Source: an uncultured Eubacterium sp.
GTDB taxonomy: Bacteria; Bacillota; Clostridia; Oscillospirales; Acutalibacteraceae
Assembly: GCA_910584985.1 (NCBI GenBank)
Contig: CAJUDJ010000002.1
Location: forward strand, 70,411-134,410
Reading direction: 5' to 3'
Length of the DNA: 64,000 nt
The notes beneath the pieces are model-generated. The model searched no databases. It saw nothing but the letters and a program-made list of their open reading frames with translations, and was not told the DNA's origin. Positions 25,740 through 37,319 of the stretch are shown here, one piece after another (the first letter of the stretch is position 1; the number at the start of each line of letters is the position of its first letter). Position numbers and translations under genes: made by a program.

Positions 25740-26852
25740 ATGAAATTTACCTGTAACACAAAAAAACTGAATGAAGCATGCTCCAATGTTATCAAAGCTG
25801 TAAGCCAAAAGGTTACAATTCCCACGATTGAAGGAATTCTGATTGAATGCGGCACAGAAATACTGAGTCTTACAGGATATGATTTTGAATTCGGAATCAC
25901 AACAACACTTTCCGCAACGGTTACAGAGCCGGGATCAATTGTAATTAATGCAAAAATAATGTGTGATATTATAAGAAAACTTGCAGCAGATGTTGTAACC
26001 TTTGAAACAAGCGGAAATTCTGTTTCCATCATTTCAGGGGCTGCACAGTATAATATTACGGGAATTGATGCAAATGATTATCCAGAGCTTCCGAGTGTTT
26101 CTGGCGGTTATCCGTTATTTATTGAAAAAAATATGCTTCATAAAATGGTTATGCAGACTTTGTTTGCTGTTGCCGAAAATGAAAATTCAAAACCTGTTCA
26201 TACAGGTCTTAAATTTGAAATGACCTTAAATCAGCTTCGTCTTATCGGTGTTGACGGATACAGGCTTGCCATTTCAACGGAAAATATTAATTATGAGGGC
26301 GAGGATTTTTCCTTTATTGTTCCGAAAAAAACAATAAGAGAACTTATTAAAATAACCGGCGTTGATGAAGAAGAAAATATTTCCGTCAGTGTGGGAAAAC
26401 GCCATATTATTTTTGAAATAGGTGATTACAGCATTATAAGCAGGCTTCTGGACGGAGATTTTCTGGATTATAATGCAGCTGTTCCGAAAACGGGAACAAC
26501 AACAGTTTTGATTAATACAAGGGAAGCAATTGCTTGTATTGAAAGGGCAATTCCTGTTGTTGAAAATAATGCAAAAAACCCAATCAGATGCCTTTTTGAC
26601 AAGGATGAAATGCGGGTTTCAACGGTTTCTGCAAGAGGAAGAGTTGTGGATTATACACATGCAAATATAAGCGGGGAAAGAGTGGAAATCGGATTTAATT
26701 CAAAATATATGCTTGATGCGCTGAATGCAGCAGATACAGACGAGGTAAAAATTGAACTCGGCGGTCCGGTCAGTCCGGTAAAAGTTATGCCGGCGAATGA
26801 TGAAAGATTTTTATTCCTTGTTCTGCCTATGAGGTTAAAAAGTGAAATTTAA
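25740..26852 (+). CDS. dnaN: DNA polymerase III beta sliding clamp
   Basis: 370 aa; MKFTCNTKKLNEACSNVIKAVSQKVTIPTIEGILIE... Typical DnaN, in conserved position after dnaA. Confidence 0.97.
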   Translation: MKFTCNTKKLNEACSNVIKAVSQKVTIPTIEGILIECGTEILSLTGYDFEFGITTTLSATVTEPGSIVINAKIMCDIIRKLAADVVTFETSGNSVSIISGAAQYNITGIDANDYPELPSVSGGYPLFIEKNMLHKMVMQTLFAVAENENSKPVHTGLKFEMTLNQLRLIGVDGYRLAISTENINYEGEDFSFIVPKKTIRELIKITGVDEEENISVSVGKRHIIFEIGDYSIISRLLDGDFLDYNAAVPKTGTTTVLINTREAIACIERAIPVVENNAKNPIRCLFDKDEMRVSTVSARGRVVDYTHANISGERVEIGFNSKYMLDALNAADTDEVKIELGGPVSPVKVMPANDERFLFLVLPMRLKSEI

Positions 26853-27090
26853 ATTAAAAATAGCCGAAAGGCATGAAGAAATTATTAAAATAAAAACAGA
26901 TTATATCAAACTGGACAGCCTGCTTAAATTTTCAGGGCTTGCCGAAAGTGGAAGCTTTGCCAAAATGATGATAGAAGAAAATAATATTAAAGTAAACGGC
27001 GAAAGATGCACGGCAAGAGGAAAAAAAATAAGAAGCGGCGATATTGTTTCGGTAAGAAATATTGATTTAAAGGTTATTCATGAAGATTAA
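26842..27090 (+). CDS. yaaA: S4-domain RNA-binding protein YaaA
   Basis: 82 aa with a GTG start overlapping the dnaN end. Contains IKLDSLLKFSGLAESGSFAKMMIEENNIKVNGERCTARGKKIRSGD. Conserved dnaN-yaaA-recF position. Confidence 0.85.
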   Translation: MKFKLKIAERHEEIIKIKTDYIKLDSLLKFSGLAESGSFAKMMIEENNIKVNGERCTARGKKIRSGDIVSVRNIDLKVIHED

Positions 27091-28174
27091 TCATATTGAA
27101 ATCGAGAATTACAGGAATATAGAAAATTTAAAACTTGATTTTGATGATATAAATATCATTTACGGTGAAAATGCACAGGGAAAAACAAACCTTCTGGAAG
27201 CATTATATCTGTTTACGGGTTCAAAATCCTTCAGAGGTGTTAAAGACAGCCGTCTTGTAAAAATAGGAAGTGAATATGCAAAACTGAAGGCTGATTTTTT
27301 CAGCAGTAAAAGAAAGCAGAATGCAGAAATTTTTATAAAAGGGAAAAGAACAGCATCTCTTAATGGAATAAAAAAAGCTTCGCCGGCTTTGCTCGGAGAA
27401 GAAATAAAAGCTGTTGTTTTCAGCCCGGTTCATCTCTCTATGATAAAGGACGGGCCTGCCGAAAGAAGAAAATTTATTGACAATGCGCTGTGCCAGCTGA
27501 ATTCAAATTACAGAAATGCGCTGAAAGAATATAACCGCTGCCTTGCACAGAGAAATATAATCTTAAAGGACATGCAGCAGTGCGGCGAACTTGATGAAAT
27601 GCTTTATGTTTGGAATATAAATTTTGCAAAGGCAGGCGCAAAAATCATATATCAGCGTCAAAAATATATTGAAGCACTTTTTCCGTTTGCAAAGGAAATA
27701 TTCACAGGAATATCCGGCGGAATAGAAGAAATCAATCTTATTTTAAAAGGTGCATTTGATTACGCAGGATATTCTGTTGCCGAAATTGAAAAGAAGCTTC
27801 TTTTGCAGGTTGAAGAACATAAAAAGGAAGATATTCTGAATAGGATAACAACCGTTGGTCCGCACAGGGATGATCTTGAAATATTTATCAATAATAATGA
27901 AGCAAGAATTTACGGCAGCCAGGGGCAGCAGAGAAGCTGTGTGATTGCTTTAAAGCTTGCAGAAGCAAGCCTGCTCTGTGAAATGACGGAAATTATGCCT
28001 GTGGCTCTGCTGGATGATGTTATGAGTGAACTGGATGAAAAAAGGCAGGATTATATTTTGAATCATATAAAAAACTGGCAGGTTTTTATTACCTGCTGTG
28101 ATAAAAATACGGTTTTGCGCTTAAAAGAAGGAAAAGCCATCCATATTGCAGGCGGAAAAGTTATGGGGGATTGA
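27080..28174 (+). CDS. recF: DNA replication/repair protein RecF
   Basis: 364 aa with Walker A GENAQGKTNLLEA, signature SQGQQRS and Walker B LLDDVMSELD. Confidence 0.95.
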   Translation: MKINHIEIENYRNIENLKLDFDDINIIYGENAQGKTNLLEALYLFTGSKSFRGVKDSRLVKIGSEYAKLKADFFSSKRKQNAEIFIKGKRTASLNGIKKASPALLGEEIKAVVFSPVHLSMIKDGPAERRKFIDNALCQLNSNYRNALKEYNRCLAQRNIILKDMQQCGELDEMLYVWNINFAKAGAKIIYQRQKYIEALFPFAKEIFTGISGGIEEINLILKGAFDYAGYSVAEIEKKLLLQVEEHKKEDILNRITTVGPHRDDLEIFINNNEARIYGSQGQQRSCVIALKLAEASLLCEMTEIMPVALLDDVMSELDEKRQDYILNHIKNWQVFITCCDKNTVLRLKEGKAIHIAGGKVMGD

Positions 28175-28426
28175 ATGTATCTTCATATAGGAGAGGATAC
28201 TGTTGTAAACAGTAAAAATATTATCGGAATTTTTGATATGGATACATCAACCGTAAATAAAGCAACGCGTGATTATCTTGAAAAAGCCGAAAAGGAAAAT
28301 AAAATTATTTATGTTAATTATGAGCTTCCGAAAAGCTTTGTGGTAACAGAAAATAAAGTGTATGTAGGCCCGCTGAATACGGCCACTTTACTTAAAAGAA
28401 CAAGACAGGAGTTTAATAAATTATGA
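28175..28426 (+). CDS. remB: DUF370 protein (RemB/YaaB-like)
   Basis: 83 aa ([23 protein letters not shown]...), in the conserved position between recF and gyrB. Confidence 0.8.
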   Translation: MYLHIGEDTVVNSKNIIGIFDMDTSTVNKATRDYLEKAEKENKIIYVNYELPKSFVVTENKVYVGPLNTATLLKRTRQEFNKL

Positions 28427-30390
28427 GTGAAGAAAATAAAACCGTTCTTGAAGAAGCGGATATGGATACTGTTGTAACAGAGGAATATTCTGCAAAGGAT
28501 ATTCAGGTGCTTGAAGGGCTTGAGGCTGTAAGAAAAAGGCCGGGTATGTATATCGGTTCAACAGGCCCAAGAGGATTGCACCATCTTGTTTATGAAATTG
28601 TAGATAATTCCATTGATGAAGCACTTGCAGGTGTTTGCACGCATATTGAATGTGATATTCTGCCGGATAATATTATTTCCGTGCGTGATAACGGAAGAGG
28701 TATTCCGACAGGAATTAATGAAAAAACAGGACTTCCTGCCGTTACGGTTGTTTTAACGGTGCTTCATGCAGGCGGCAAATTCGGCGGAAGCGGATATAAA
28801 GTTTCAGGCGGTCTTCACGGTGTTGGTTCTTCTGTTGTAAATGCACTTTCCGAATGGCTTGAGGTTGAGGTTACACAGAACGGACATATCTATGCCCAGA
28901 GATTTGAAAGAGGTGTGCCTGTTGATGATTTACATATTATCGGTGATGCAGAAGGGCATGGAACACTTATCCGATTTAAGGCAGACGGTGAAATTTTCAA
29001 CGAAACAACTGTATATGATTATGAAGTGCTTGCACGCAGACTTCGTGAACAGGCATTTCTGAATGCAGGGCTTTCCATTACACTTTCAGATAAAAGGGAA
29101 AGTAATTCAGAGGAGCAGATCAGCGAGGAATTCTGTTATGAAGGCGGAATAAAATCCTTTGTTGAATATATAAATACCAGCAGAGGACTGAATCCGATTC
29201 AGGAAAACATTATTCATCTTTCCACAACAAAGGATGATAAAAGCGCAGAAGTTGCTATCTGTTACACAGATTCATATAATGAAACGATGCTTTCTTTTGC
29301 AAATAATATCAATACGATTGACGGCGGAACACATGAAACCGGCTTCAAAACAGCGTTAACAAGAGTTTTTAATGATTATGGAAAGAAATTCGGTATTCTT
29401 AAAGACAGTGATAAAAAACTGAGCGGTGAAGATGTAAGAGAGGGTATAACGGCAATTATAAGCGTTAAGCTTACTGAAGCACAGTTTGAGGGTCAGACGA
29501 AGGGAAAACTCGGAAATACAGAAATTACAGGCCTTGTTTCCTCTATGGTTTATGAAAAGCTGATGACTTATTTTGAGGAAAATCCTGCCGAAGCAAGGGT
29601 AATTCTAAGCAAATCTCTTGATGCATCAAGAGCAAGGGAGGCGGCAAGAAAGGCAAGAGATTCTGCAAGAAGCAAATCCGGCCTTGAAAGCACAAAGCTG
29701 CCCGGAAAATTGGCAGACTGTTCTTCAAACGAACCTGAGCTCTGCGAAATTTATATTGTAGAGGGTGATTCGGCAGGCGGTTCTGCCAAGGACGGAAGAG
29801 ACAGAGTGCACCAGGCTATTCTTCCGCTTTGGGGAAAAATGCTGAATGTTGAAAAGGCACGGCTTGACAAGGTTTACGGAAATGAAAAGCTGATGCCGGT
29901 TGTAACCGCTTTGGGAACAGGTATAGGCGAAGATTTTGATATTAATAAATTAAGATATCACAAAATTGTTATTATGGCGGATGCCGATGTGGATGGCGCA
30001 CACATCAGAACACTGCTTTTAACCTTCTTTTTCCGTTATATGAAGCCTCTTGTTGAGGGCGGATTTATTTATCTTGCACAGCCCCCGCTTTTCAAATTAA
30101 GCAAGGGCAAAAAAAGTGTTTATGCCTATTCCGATGAGGAAAGGGATAAATATATTGAAGAAATGGGCGGTCAGTGTGATATTCAGCGCTATAAAGGTCT
30201 TGGTGAAATGGACCCTACACAACTTTGGGAAACCACGATGGACCCTGAATTCCGCACAATGCTCAGAGTAACAATTGATGATGCACAGAAGGCAAGCGAA
30301 AACTTTTCTATTCTTATGGGCGATAATGTTGAACCGCGCCGAGATTTCATCGTTAAAAATGCAAAATTCGTGCAAAATATGGATATTTAA
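28423..30390 (+). CDS. gyrB: DNA gyrase subunit B
   Basis: 655 aa with [32 protein letters not shown] and [12 protein letters not shown]. Confidence 0.98.
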   Translation: MSEENKTVLEEADMDTVVTEEYSAKDIQVLEGLEAVRKRPGMYIGSTGPRGLHHLVYEIVDNSIDEALAGVCTHIECDILPDNIISVRDNGRGIPTGINEKTGLPAVTVVLTVLHAGGKFGGSGYKVSGGLHGVGSSVVNALSEWLEVEVTQNGHIYAQRFERGVPVDDLHIIGDAEGHGTLIRFKADGEIFNETTVYDYEVLARRLREQAFLNAGLSITLSDKRESNSEEQISEEFCYEGGIKSFVEYINTSRGLNPIQENIIHLSTTKDDKSAEVAICYTDSYNETMLSFANNINTIDGGTHETGFKTALTRVFNDYGKKFGILKDSDKKLSGEDVREGITAIISVKLTEAQFEGQTKGKLGNTEITGLVSSMVYEKLMTYFEENPAEARVILSKSLDASRAREAARKARDSARSKSGLESTKLPGKLADCSSNEPELCEIYIVEGDSAGGSAKDGRDRVHQAILPLWGKMLNVEKARLDKVYGNEKLMPVVTALGTGIGEDFDINKLRYHKIVIMADADVDGAHIRTLLLTFFFRYMKPLVEGGFIYLAQPPLFKLSKGKKSVYAYSDEERDKYIEEMGGQCDIQRYKGLGEMDPTQLWETTMDPEFRTMLRVTIDDAQKASENFSILMGDNVEPRRDFIVKNAKFVQNMDI

Positions 30391-30462
30391 TTTTTATTAA
30401 AAACGGCAAAAAATCTAAAAATTTCGTTTTAAAGAAATATAAAATTTCTTAAGGAGACAAAA

Positions 30463-32955
30463 ATGGCTGAAGAAGTTATAAGATATGACAATCAGAAGAT
30501 TGTTAATGTTGAAATAAGCGATGAAATCAGAAAAGCCTTTCTGGATTATTCCATGTCTGTTATCGTCAGCCGTGCCCTTCCGGATGTAAGGGACGGCTTA
30601 AAGCCGGTTCACAGGCGTATTCTTTATACAATGTTTGAAAATAACCTTTATCCCGATAAGGCTTACCGTAAATGTGCCGATACAGTCGGTTCTGTGCTCG
30701 GAAGATACCATCCGCACGGTGATGCATCCGTTTATGATGCCATGGTGCGTCTTGCGCAGACCTTTTCCATGCGGTATATGCTTGTAGACGGACACGGAAA
30801 TTTTGGTACGGTTGACGGCGACCCTGCCGCTGCATACAGATATACGGAATCCAGAATGAGCAAAATCAGCATGAAAATGCTGGCTGATATTGATAAAAAT
30901 ACGGTTGATTTTGCACCGAACTATGATGATCGTTTAAAAGAGCCCACTGTGCTGCCCACAAGATTTCCGAATCTTCTTGTAAACGGTTCTTCGGGTATTG
31001 CCGTTGGTATGGCAACAAACATTCCTCCTCATAATATGAAAGAGGTTGTGGAGGGTGTTAATTACCTGATAGACCATCCCGATTGTGATGTGCCGGAGCT
31101 GATGCAGTATATAAAAGGCCCGGATTTTCCCACAGCTGGAATTGTTATGGGCACAAAAGGAATAAAAGAAGCTTATTCAACCGGACGCGGCAAGATTTAT
31201 CTTCGCGCAAGGGCGGAAATTGTTGAGGATAAGGGCGAAAGATACAAAATTATTGTTACCGAACTTCCTTATCAGGTAAAAAAAGCAGAGCTGATTTCAA
31301 AAATAGCTGAGCTTGCCAAGGATAAACGCCTTGAGGGCATAGCAGACATAAAGGATTTTTCAAACCGCAAGGGAATGCATATTGAAATCACGGTTAAAAG
31401 GGATGCAAATGCACAGGTTGTTTTAAACAATCTGTTTAAAATGACGCAGATGCAGGTTACCTTCGGTGTAATTATGCTTGCGCTTGTTGACGGAGTGCCG
31501 AAATGCCTGCCGCTTAAAGACCTGCTTCAGCACTATATAAAGTTCAGAGAGGATATTATTACCCGCAGAACAAGATTTGATCTTAAAAAAGCGCAGGACA
31601 GAAAGCATATTTTGGACGGACTTGCAAAAGCAATAGACATTGTTGATGAAATTATCGCCACAATCCGTGCCTGCAAAGGCGGAAAATCAGAAGCAAAGCA
31701 GGCTATTATAGAAAAATTCGGCTTTGATGATCCACAGGCAACTGCGATTGTGAATTTCCAGCTCGGTCAGCTTGCAGGCCTTGAAATTGAAAAGATAAAC
31801 AATGAAATCGGTGAGCTTAAGGCGAAAATAGAAGATTTTATGGATATTCTTGAACATGAGGAACGGGTTTTCCAAATCATCAAGGATGAATCAGCTGAAA
31901 TTGTTGAAAAATTCGGCGATGAAAGAAGAACGGAAATCAGCGCAGTTATCGGTTCTGTAGAGGATGAAGATTTAATTCCTGTTGAAGAATCCATTCTTAC
32001 CCTTACCAATATGGGCTATATGAAGCGAATGACGGTTGACACCTATAAGGCGCAGAACAGAGGCGGCCGCGGCATTATGGGCATGAGCAGGCGTGAAGAG
32101 GATGTTGCAAAAACGATGTTTTCCTGTTCCTCTCATGATGTTATCTTTATTTTCACAAACAAGGGAAAGGTTTTCAGAAAGAAAGCATATGAAATTCCTG
32201 CTTCCTCAAGAACGGGAAAGGGTATGAATGTTGTAAACCTGCTTCCGCTTGAAAAGGAAGAAACCGTTTCTGCAATGGTTAAAATTCCCGAGGATGAAAA
32301 CAGAAAATATCTTTGCATGGTTACGAAAAAGGGTGTAATCAAGAGAACCGATATAAATGAATATCAGCATATTCGCCAGAGCGGTATTATTGCAATCAAT
32401 CTGGATGACGGCGATGAGCTTGCTTATGTTGAAATAACAGACGGCGAAAGAAAGCTTGTTGTTGCAACACACAGTGGTATGTGCATTTGCTTTAAGGAAT
32501 CCGATGCAAGGCTTATCGGCAGAACGGCAAGAGGTGTAAGGGCCATTACGCTTGCCGAAGATGATTTTGTTGTGGGCTTTGCCGCCTCGCTTGAGGGATA
32601 TACACTGCTTACCGTTTCCGAAACGGGATTCGGCAGAAAGAGCAGCTTTGATGATTACAGAGTACAGAGCCGAGGCGGAAAAGGTCTGATTAACTACCGC
32701 ACCTCGCAGTACGGCAAGGTTGCAATGATTGCACCTGTAACAGAAAACGAAGATGTAATTATGATTACAAGCGATGGCATTGTTATCAGAACGCATGTGG
32801 ATCAGATTTCAACGTTCCAGCGGCCGAGCAAGGGTGTTAAGGTTATGCGTGTGAATGACGGAGAAAAGGTTGCCACCATTTCTGTTGTGGACAGGTTTGA
32901 AGAGGATGCCGAGGAGGCAGAAGAAGCAGGCAATACAGCCGAAACAGAAGAATAA
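30463..32955 (+). CDS. gyrA: DNA gyrase subunit A
   Basis: 830 aa with [28 protein letters not shown], the active-site AAYRYTESR and C-terminal beta-pinwheel repeats. Confidence 0.98.
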   Translation: MAEEVIRYDNQKIVNVEISDEIRKAFLDYSMSVIVSRALPDVRDGLKPVHRRILYTMFENNLYPDKAYRKCADTVGSVLGRYHPHGDASVYDAMVRLAQTFSMRYMLVDGHGNFGTVDGDPAAAYRYTESRMSKISMKMLADIDKNTVDFAPNYDDRLKEPTVLPTRFPNLLVNGSSGIAVGMATNIPPHNMKEVVEGVNYLIDHPDCDVPELMQYIKGPDFPTAGIVMGTKGIKEAYSTGRGKIYLRARAEIVEDKGERYKIIVTELPYQVKKAELISKIAELAKDKRLEGIADIKDFSNRKGMHIEITVKRDANAQVVLNNLFKMTQMQVTFGVIMLALVDGVPKCLPLKDLLQHYIKFREDIITRRTRFDLKKAQDRKHILDGLAKAIDIVDEIIATIRACKGGKSEAKQAIIEKFGFDDPQATAIVNFQLGQLAGLEIEKINNEIGELKAKIEDFMDILEHEERVFQIIKDESAEIVEKFGDERRTEISAVIGSVEDEDLIPVEESILTLTNMGYMKRMTVDTYKAQNRGGRGIMGMSRREEDVAKTMFSCSSHDVIFIFTNKGKVFRKKAYEIPASSRTGKGMNVVNLLPLEKEETVSAMVKIPEDENRKYLCMVTKKGVIKRTDINEYQHIRQSGIIAINLDDGDELAYVEITDGERKLVVATHSGMCICFKESDARLIGRTARGVRAITLAEDDFVVGFAASLEGYTLLTVSETGFGRKSSFDDYRVQSRGGKGLINYRTSQYGKVAMIAPVTENEDVIMITSDGIVIRTHVDQISTFQRPSKGVKVMRVNDGEKVATISVVDRFEEDAEEAEEAGNTAETEE

Positions 32956-32967
32956 AAAATAAAAAAA

Positions 32968-32992
32968 GCGGTGCTTGAAACACCGCTTTTTT
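32968..32992 (+). terminator. Intrinsic terminator after gyrA
   Basis: GCGGTG-cttgaaa-CACCGC followed by TTTTTT. Confidence 0.8.
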
Positions 32993-33121
32993 GTTACCTT
33001 TTTTAGGTATCATCATTTTGTTTATATAATGTATTCTTTGTGTTTCTTTTATTTCTGTTTGCTTTCGGGCAGAGGAGATTATACAAGAAAAAGTTTCCGC
33101 CTGCAGTTTACAATTTATTTA

Positions 33122-33150
33122 TTGAAATGCAGACAGTTTTGATATATAAT
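33122..33150 (+). promoter_or_regulatory. Candidate sigma-A promoter of the LCP gene
   Basis: TTGAAA (33122-33127), 17 nt spacer, TATAAT (33145-33150). Confidence 0.55.
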
Positions 33151-33189
33151 ATTTTTGTGTATGAAAATTTTTAGGGAGGATTCTTTTTT

Positions 33190-34854
33190 ATGAGCGATCG
33201 TTCTTTTGATTTGGATGATATTCTGAATGAGATAATCAGCAAAAATGTCGGCGAGGAAATGAAAGCAAAGGTTGATGAACTGGATAAGGCAAAACAGGAG
33301 GAAGCTTTTGAAGCGGACAAGCCGGTTGAAGATACAGAAAATATACAAGAAGAAGAAACAATAAAAGAAGCCGAAACAGAGGAGCAGGTTTCCGAAGAAG
33401 CGGTGCCGCAGAAGGCAGAGGACGATAATAAATCGGATGCTGCCGAGTTGAAAACAGATGAGCCTGATTTACAGGAGGCAGTGGAAACGGACGAAGAGGA
33501 AGAAACAGAAGAGCAGCCGGAAAACAGTTCGGAACAGGAAGAGGCTGCCGCTTTTGAATTTGAACACATACTTGATGAAGATAGCAGCACCGCGGACAAT
33601 GACAGAGAAAATATTGATTTATTTGAACTTGGCGGTTATGATAAAAAAACAGTGAAAAAAAATAAAGATAAAAACAGAAAGAAATGGCATAAAACGGTTA
33701 AAGGAAAAATATTTATATTTGTAATCGTTTTGCTTTTTGCTGCAATAGCAGGAACAGGCGCATACGGTTTTTGGTTTGTAAACCATGCGCTTGATACAAT
33801 AACAGATAACAACCCTGACAGAAATCAGGATAATTCAACAATTGATTCCTGGACGGGTATGGATGAGTTTTCTGAATCATTCATTACAATTAACGAAGAT
33901 TCAAGGGCAAATGTTTCCTCTTACCGTGATATGGTTAAAAAGTGGTATTACAACGGAGAGCCTGCCAGATCAAGCAATGTTATAAATGTTCTTCTTATCG
34001 GAGAGGATACACGCGGTGAGGACATAAGCGACAAGGGAACAAGGGCGGATTCCGCAATTATTGCAAGCCTGAACACAAGCACAAGCGAAATCGTTTTAAC
34101 ATCTATTCTGCGTGATTCCTACATTTATTACGAAACAACAATTGGTGATGAATCAACGGGAAGATGGGATAAAATAAACAGTGCTATGTCCTATGGCGGT
34201 GTGAACTGTTATATAAATGCTGTTGAAAGAAATTTCAAAGTAAATATTGATAATTATGTTATCGTTAATTTCTCCAGCTTCCAGAAAATTATTGATACGC
34301 TCGGCGGCGTAAGAATCACCATGACAAATGCTGAAATCAGGGAAATCAACAATCATCCGGGAACTTACGGAAATGTTTCAATCAACGGCCAAGCAGGAGA
34401 ATTGCTGCTTGATGGAGAACAGGCACTTGCATACTGCCGCATCCGTCATATTGATTCAGACAATGTGCGTGCAGACAGGCAGAAAACCGTTCTTCTTCAG
34501 CTGTTTAAGCAGCTGAAAGATGCTTCCGCCTTTAAGCTTGCCGAGGTGGTTACCAATCTGCTTCCTTATGTGAAAACAGGCTACTCCAAATCTGAAATTA
34601 TTTCCATCGGGCAGTATGCACTGTCGCATGGGTGGATTTCCTATAAAACGGTTACATATACTGTTCCTACCAATGAAACAGATACAGACGGAACTGCCAT
34701 TACCACCTGCAAAGGCGGCACATATTACGGAGCATGGGTATGGAAAGTAGACTGCCCGCTTGCTTCTCAGATTTTACAGAAAAAGATTTACGGAAAAACA
34801 AGTATTGTTCTTTCGGAAAACAGACCGAATTTTTCAGCCTTAAGCGATTATTGA
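33190..34854 (+). CDS. LytR-CpsA-Psr (LCP) family cell-wall glycopolymer ligase with a long acidic N-terminal tail
   Basis: 554 aa. About 165 aa of Glu/Asp-rich cytoplasmic tail, one TM helix (IFIFVIVLLFAAIAGTGAYGFWFV), then the LCP core: NVLLIGEDTRGED..GTRADSAIIASLN..LTSILRDSYI, ALAYCRIRHIDSDNVRADRQ. Confidence 0.88.
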   Translation: MSDRSFDLDDILNEIISKNVGEEMKAKVDELDKAKQEEAFEADKPVEDTENIQEEETIKEAETEEQVSEEAVPQKAEDDNKSDAAELKTDEPDLQEAVETDEEEETEEQPENSSEQEEAAAFEFEHILDEDSSTADNDRENIDLFELGGYDKKTVKKNKDKNRKKWHKTVKGKIFIFVIVLLFAAIAGTGAYGFWFVNHALDTITDNNPDRNQDNSTIDSWTGMDEFSESFITINEDSRANVSSYRDMVKKWYYNGEPARSSNVINVLLIGEDTRGEDISDKGTRADSAIIASLNTSTSEIVLTSILRDSYIYYETTIGDESTGRWDKINSAMSYGGVNCYINAVERNFKVNIDNYVIVNFSSFQKIIDTLGGVRITMTNAEIREINNHPGTYGNVSINGQAGELLLDGEQALAYCRIRHIDSDNVRADRQKTVLLQLFKQLKDASAFKLAEVVTNLLPYVKTGYSKSEIISIGQYALSHGWISYKTVTYTVPTNETDTDGTAITTCKGGTYYGAWVWKVDCPLASQILQKKIYGKTSIVLSENRPNFSALSDY

Positions 34855-34940
34855 TAAAAACATGAAATCCGGACTTCGGTTCGGATTTCAATATTGCCCG
34901 GCCTGAAAAAACAATATAAAAATAAAAGGAGTTTCAGAGT

Positions 34941-35651
34941 ATGCCGGAAATCACAACTTTTTTGGGCTTTTTTATCAGAATGATGCTGTCTGTTCTGCTG
35001 GGTGCAATCATTGGAACAGAGCGTGAGCTTACAAAGCATTATGCGGGAATCGTTACGAATATTATTGTTTGTGTGGGTGCCTTTGCCTTTACTTCTTTTT
35101 CTTATATTGCCGGCGGCGAAAATGTTGATGTAACACGAATTGCGGCGCAAATTGTTTCCGGAATCGGCTTTCTGGGTGCCGGTGTAATCCTCAGCGATGG
35201 CACGAAAGTAAAGGGAATAAACACAGCTGCAACGATATGGGCATCCGCGGCGGTGGGAACGCTCTGCTGTCTGGATAAATTCTGGTATGCGGTGCTTGTA
35301 GCTGCAACCATTCTGATTTCTCATCTTGTAATTCATCCTGTTACGGAGGCAATCAAAAAGAAAAGTGAATATGACAAAACAAAGCCAAAAAAAACAGAAA
35401 CATTTTACAGTGTGTCTGTTGTTTGTGCGGAGGAAAACGCACCTAAAATAAAGGCGGATTTAATTGAACAGATAAGAGATACAAACGATGTTCTGCTCAG
35501 AAAGCTTCAAACAACGGACCTTGACAGCGGAAACGTTAAGGTAAGAGCAGAAATATCAACCAAGAATAAAAACAATGAGCTTGTGGAAAGCATAATTGCC
35601 TGCATTGCGGCAAACAAGAATATTATTTCAACAGGATGGAAGCATGTTTAA
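34941..35651 (+). CDS. mgtC: MgtC/SapB family membrane protein
   Basis: 236 aa. Contains GAIIGTERE, ITRIAAQIVSGIGFLGAG, GINTAATIWASAAVG and a C-terminal soluble domain. Confidence 0.88.
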   Translation: MPEITTFLGFFIRMMLSVLLGAIIGTERELTKHYAGIVTNIIVCVGAFAFTSFSYIAGGENVDVTRIAAQIVSGIGFLGAGVILSDGTKVKGINTAATIWASAAVGTLCCLDKFWYAVLVAATILISHLVIHPVTEAIKKKSEYDKTKPKKTETFYSVSVVCAEENAPKIKADLIEQIRDTNDVLLRKLQTTDLDSGNVKVRAEISTKNKNNELVESIIACIAANKNIISTGWKHV

Positions 35652-35677
35652 ACCGAAGCGGTTTTAAGAATAAAAAA

Positions 35678-35716
35678 GCGGATTATTCACATTTTGTGAG
35701 TAATCCGTTTTTTCGG
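35678..35716. terminator. Bidirectional terminator between mgtC (+) and the hydrolase gene (-)
   Basis: GCGGATTATTCAC-atttt-GTGAGTAATCCG flanked by A and T runs. Confidence 0.7.
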
Positions 35717-35720
35717 TTTT

Positions 35721-36500
35721 TTATGATTCTGCAAACCGCTTTAACCGTTCCCTTACGCTTTTATCTTTTTTTCCTGTAAAGCCGTGTCCGCCGCCGTGCA
35801 CCATTTTCATATTGAGTGCACGTTTTGGATTTCTGTCCAGATATGCTTCATAGGCCCGTATGGTATATGTATTGTCAACAATGGTATCCTCTGTGCCGTG
35901 AACCATAAATATGTCATGGTTATAGCTTTCGATTTCTCTGTATACATTCATATTTATTACATCAGCAACATATCGTCTGCCAAGTTTCATCGGGCCGCAC
36001 CATATTATATCGGGAATGTTTTCGGGGTTGAATTTTGCCATAAGCATTTTTCCGTTTCTTGCATCATCCGGAATGCTGAAGGCAGGATAAAACAAGCCCA
36101 GCTTTGTAACATCATATTTTTGTTTTCCTGCAAGAATCGCAGTAACAAAGCCGCCCTGGCTGCAGCCCATCAAAAACAGGTCTGTTTTTCTTGAATATTC
36201 TCTGGAAAGTGCATAGTCCACAACACATTCCAGGTCCTCAACCTCTGTAAGAACAGACATTTCTTCTGTTTTTCCATCACTTTTTCCGAATAAAAAGCTG
36301 CCGCCGCAGAAATCAAAGGTATATGTAAGATAGCCGCAGGAGGCTATAACCTTTGCATATTTTTTTACGGTTGACTGAAATGCCATAAATCCGTGGCACA
36401 CAATAGCAATCGGCAGATTTTCCCCTTCCGGCCTGTATTCCGTTCCCCGTATTGTGAGATTGCCTCGCATGCATGAAAAGGATGATTTTGTTATATGCAT
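35721..36500 (-). CDS. Alpha/beta-fold hydrolase (esterase/peptidase S9-like)
   Basis: The track ORF is over-extended. Start set at ATG 36500 (GGAGAAAAAT upstream), giving 259 aa. Nucleophile elbow GCSQGG, plus MVHGTEDTIV and HGGGHGF. Confidence 0.8.
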   Translation of the reverse strand: MHITKSSFSCMRGNLTIRGTEYRPEGENLPIAIVCHGFMAFQSTVKKYAKVIASCGYLTYTFDFCGGSFLFGKSDGKTEEMSVLTEVEDLECVVDYALSREYSRKTDLFLMGCSQGGFVTAILAGKQKYDVTKLGLFYPAFSIPDDARNGKMLMAKFNPENIPDIIWCGPMKLGRRYVADVINMNVYREIESYNHDIFMVHGTEDTIVDNTYTIRAYEAYLDRNPKRALNMKMVHGGGHGFTGKKDKSVRERLKRFAES

Positions 36501-36540
36501 ATTTTTCTCCTGTTGGTTAAAACCAATATTTTTATTATGA

Positions 36541-37194
36541 TTAATTCGTTTCTTGCGCTGAAATGGTTTCGTCCTTTTTTGCCGAAATCGGTGCAGTGTC
36601 CGCCACTTCAAGCTTGTTTGCCTGCATCCAGAGCGAAGGTGTAATACGAAGCTTAAAGCCGTAGCCTGCTTCCATCTGCCAGTGTGCCATAGGAGCTTCG
36701 GGAATGCCGTAGCAGGAAAGAATGGCCATAAGAACACCTGCATGGCCTACAATGGCAGCTGTTTCCGTGCCGCTTTTTATCATTCCCTGCACAATTTTTT
36801 CAAATGCAGAGCATACCCGTGCAAAGAATTCCGCATTGCTTTCGCCGTAAGGTGTTTTTGCGTGCATATCGCCGCGCAGCCACTGTTTGAAATCTTCATT
36901 ATCCTTTAAATCCTCAGCAGTGCAGCCTTCAAATTCCCCGAAATTATATTCAATAAGATCATTAATTACAAGCGGATTGTTTTTCGGAAACATAATATCG
37001 GCACTTTCGATACATCTTTTAAGCGGAGAAACAAACACGGCCTGCACTTCGGGATAGTGGTGTCGAGCTTTTATGCTCCTCAATGCCGATATACTATCTG
37101 TAGTTAAAGGAAGGTCTGTATGCCCAATATACTGTGCGTTTAGATTTCCTTTTGTTAATCCGTGGCGAAACAGATAAATTGTATATGTTTTCAT
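36541..37194 (-). CDS. Histidine phosphatase family protein (phosphoglycerate mutase-like)
   Basis: 217 aa with the N-terminal catalytic motif LFRHGLTKGN, then SPLKRC and GHAGV. Confidence 0.85.
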   Translation of the reverse strand: MKTYTIYLFRHGLTKGNLNAQYIGHTDLPLTTDSISALRSIKARHHYPEVQAVFVSPLKRCIESADIMFPKNNPLVINDLIEYNFGEFEGCTAEDLKDNEDFKQWLRGDMHAKTPYGESNAEFFARVCSAFEKIVQGMIKSGTETAAIVGHAGVLMAILSCYGIPEAPMAHWQMEAGYGFKLRITPSLWMQANKLEVADTAPISAKKDETISAQETN

Positions 37195-37319
37195 TTTAAA
37201 TCCTCCGTATTAAGCCAATAATTACAAATTATTTACAAATCAAAGTTTTGGTTTACTTATAAGACAACAAAGTGTATAATACCGATTGTATAAAAGTGAA
37301 GAAAAAAGGATATGTGAAA

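Noticed and set aside
33171-33599. 142 aa Ser-rich ORF (minus strand) opposite the LCP N-terminus, and 169 aa Ser/Phe-rich ORF (40595-41104, minus strand) opposite the jag linker.
   Set aside because: These are mirror images of the polyacidic (GAA/GAG) and polylysine (AAA/AAG) coding tracts on the plus strand. They are low-complexity artefacts.
34864-34889. Stable hairpin with a UUCG tetraloop (GAAATCCGGAC-ttcg-GTTCGGATTTC) between the LCP gene and mgtC; considered as an M-box or other riboswitch fragment.
   Set aside because: It is far too short for an M-box and has no conserved flanking elements. It is most simply a U-tract-poor terminator or RNA-stabilising hairpin at the end of the LCP transcript.
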